Positions 61,230 through 64,000 of a stretch of DNA of 64,000 bases are shown piece by piece (position 1 is the stretch's first letter; each line of letters opens with the position of its first letter). The notes beneath the pieces are model-generated. The model was not told the DNA's origin, ran no database searches, and saw nothing but the letters and a program-made list of their open reading frames with translations. The DNA lies in contig NW_021832230.1 of NCBI RefSeq assembly GCF_006345805.1, positions 215,003 through 279,002 of the forward strand. The letters are read 5' to 3'. The translations under genes were made by a program, and so were the position numbers. This DNA comes from Octopus sinensis. Lineage: Eukaryota.

Positions 61230-61440
61230 ACTAAATGGGATTAACACCAAACTAAGTGAAATAAGCAGAAAACTAAATGGGATTAACGTCAAACTAAGTG
61301 TGATTAACATCAAACTAAGTGGGATTAGCAGAAAACTAAATGAGATTAACATCAAACTAAGTGGAATTAATACCAAACAATATGGGATTAATAGCAAACT
61401 AAATAAGATTAACACCAAAAAATTCTTTGTTTAAAATTTT
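61230..61440. repeat. 21-bp array / IS630-Tc1-like end (copy)
   Basis: Copy of 22151-22360. Confidence 0.85.
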
Positions 61441-61911
61441 ATTTTGGAAATGTTTCAATATTTAATATTTTTATAATTTTGATCCCTAAATTAATTGTAA
61501 GATGATTAGGTATGGACGCAGCCCTGTCGGCACCCACACGTGGCAATTTAACATGCTTTGGGATTACAAGTACTACTCTTTCACATTTTCAGGACGGAAA
61601 CCCAAAACGTTAAACCAAAGACTTGACATTTTTATGTACAAAAAACACGGAATAGATCCAACGAAATTTGGAACGCTGCTCATCAGTTCTGGCCTAGTTC
61701 TCAACCCAAGAAACGTTTTTATCGGATTTCTAACGATAAAAGATACAGATTTTTCCATAATTTTGATCCCTGAATTAATTGTAAGATCTTGAGTTTGAAT
61801 AAAATTATGTATTGAAAAATGAAAATTGTTTTGTTAGAACTACTCTTGTATTTTGGAAATGTTTCAATATTTAATATTTTCATAATTTTGATCCCTAAAT
61901 TAATTGTAATA

Positions 61912-62848
61912 TGTGACATGGTTTGCGTGATACCTATGGGCCGCGCGATACCTGACGTGACCTTGCAGCTTAACTTAATGTCAATATTGTAATGCAAATC
62001 TATAAAAATTGTTAAAAAAACTAACCTGCTATATACGTCAATGACCGTTAAAATCCATTTAAAATTTTTATTTATAGTAGAAAAACTTTTCAGATCTATA
62101 AGATATATCTGAAATCTTTCATTTGGGCAAGATGCAAAGACATGGTTATTTATATCTCCAATCTAGGATTTAAAAAAGTTAAAACTTTTAAGGGTCGCGC
62201 AAATTTACAAATTTCACAGTTTCGAATGACTTTTCGAATAATCTCATTTTTAACTGTGAAATATCGTTGTCGACATTCATATTCAATTTTGTTAACTCCT
62301 CCATGCAAGAAGTCATGCAAACTTTTAGCAACGATCTCCATTCGGGTTCATTGTCCAGACAAATCACTAGCTTGTGATCTGAATTCGCACATTTAAGATA
62401 CAATCTATACATTTACAATTTGTATGATACCTTTCATTAATTACAGTAAAATTTTCAATTTTCTTAACTAGTCTATATTTTTTTGCTTTGTAAGATGTTC
62501 AGGAAATTTATCCTGTAAAACATCTTTTAAAATTTGATATTCCAAACTATTCTTTACATAACTTTGTACGAGGACATTGCTGCAAAACATACTTGCACGC
62601 TAGAAATAACTCAAGAAATTTAGGTTTCCCACCAAAAAAATTAATTTTCGATAATTAAATTCTTACAAATATAATTTTTTGTCAAAATGAGAGAGTCTTT
62701 AGCTAATTTAGTAAATTATTAAATGATAAGAATGAGTCGCGGTCTAATTAAAAGATTTTATAATTAATCCCATCAATGTCATAATTGCACATTTCAAGGT
62801 CACGTCAGGTATCGCGCGGCCCATAGGTATCGCGCAAACCATGTCACA
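61912..62848 (-). mobile_element. Ginger-like family B (copy), TSD TAATA
   Basis: Identical ORF fragments, TIRs and TSD to 22833-23769. Confidence 0.92.
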
Positions 62849-63329
62849 TAATATGATTAGGTATGGACGCAGCCCTGTCGGCACCCATACGTGGCAATTT
62901 AACATGCTTTGGGATAACAAGTACTACTCTTCACATTTTCAGGACGGAAACCCAAAACATTAACTCCATCAACTTCCTCCAAAACCAAGGACTCGACATT
63001 TTTAGAAATTTAGAACGCTGCTCATAAGTTCTGGCCTTTTTCTCAACCCAAGAAATGTTTTTATCGGATTTCTAACGATAAAAGATACAGATTTTTTCAT
63101 AATTTTGATCCCTGAATTAATTGTAAGATCTTGAGAGGGGTAATGTATAGCTGATGTAAATGTAAGAATTTATGTTTAAAGTAATTTTGATATTTTCTGT
63201 TTGAATGTTTTTGGATAAAATTATGTATTGAAAAATGAAAATTGTTTTGTTAGAGCTACTCTTGTATTTTGGAAATGTTATTTTTATTTTCTGGAATTAG
63301 AATTATTAATCAACACGTTTCTCAAATCT

Positions 63330-64000
63330 TAATAATAAAATGGTATGGTGTGTGTCTGTCTGTCTGTCTGTGTGTCTGTCTGTCTGTCTGTGCACACCCA
63401 CATTCAATTGTTACAAACCAGATCAAATTGTCAAAACCTTCCCTTTTGTAGTTATTCGATAATGAGGCACAATAAAAGGTTGATCTTAATAATAAAATGG
63501 TATGGTGTCTGTCTGTCTGTGTGTCTGTCTGTCTGTCTGTGCACACCCACATTCAAATTGTTACAAACCAGATCAAATTGTCAAAACCTTCCTTTTGTAG
63601 TTATTCGATAATGAGGCACAATAAAAGGTTGATCTTAATAATAAAATGGTATGGTGTCTGTCTGTCTGTGTGTCTGTCTGTCTGTCTGTGCACACCCACA
63701 TTCAATTGTTACAAACCAGATCAAATTGTCAAAACCTTCCCTTTTGTAGTTATTCGATAATGAGGCACATAAAAAAATTATTTTCTGCGTTTTTGTTAAA
63801 ATGACCAACAAGAAAGTCCTCGACTCACATGATGTGGTCCCCCAAAACCTTCAAGCCAAAAAATTAAAAAAAATTATTTTCTGCGTTTTTGTTAAAATGA
63901 ACAACAAGAAAGTCCTCGACTTACATGATGTGGTCCCCCAAAACCTTCAAGCCAAAAATTTAAAAAAATTATTTTCTGCGTTTTTGTTAAAATGAACAAC
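63330..64000 (+). repeat. Composite satellite (copy): 3 x ~155-bp (CTGT)n units plus at least 2.3 x 96-bp units
   Basis: One more (CTGT)n unit than copy 1; truncated by the window end. Confidence 0.9.

Larger units (their letters stand above)
45458..64000 (+). repeat. Large segmental duplication, copy 2 (runs off window end)
   Basis: Collinear with 5638-~24780. Confidence 0.97.

Noticed and set aside
1-64000. Ciliate, myxozoan or prokaryotic origin
   Set aside because: TAA/TAG act as stops and SMAD4 and an Ig-superfamily gene are present (not a ciliate); spliceosomal introns exclude prokaryotes; a motile-cilia gene argues against myxozoans, which lack flagella.

Overview
AT-rich eukaryotic (animal) genomic DNA with densely packed genes split by very short GT-AG introns (mostly about 20-30 nt, standard genetic code). 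A SMAD gene and a ciliary dynein assembly factor (LRRC6/DNAAF11) point to a ciliated metazoan. The intron size suggests a dicyemid-like compact genome (inference). Recognisable genes: DNAAF11/LRRC6, TBC1D2-like RabGAP, SMAD4-like, TPD52-like, USP14, PSMG4, VPS52, BUD31, RING1/RNF2-like, a multi-Ig type I membrane protein and DDX10. About 19 kb (5638-~24780) is repeated at 45458->64000; it is a few percent divergent with indel and TE polymorphisms in its first ~14 kb and almost identical afterwards. Mobile DNA is abundant: many CRE-clade non-LTR fragments, RTE-like and I/Jockey-like fragments, a hAT-Buster deletion derivative, and IS630/Tc1-like elements with 21-bp repeat arrays in their ends. 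The most interesting signal is three different TGT...ACA terminal-inverted-repeat elements with exact 5-bp target-site duplications. They carry remnants of a Gypsy-like (Ginger-type) integrase interrupted by host-sized 20-27 nt introns. Coordinates were counted by hand and may be off by a few bases; no database searches were run.
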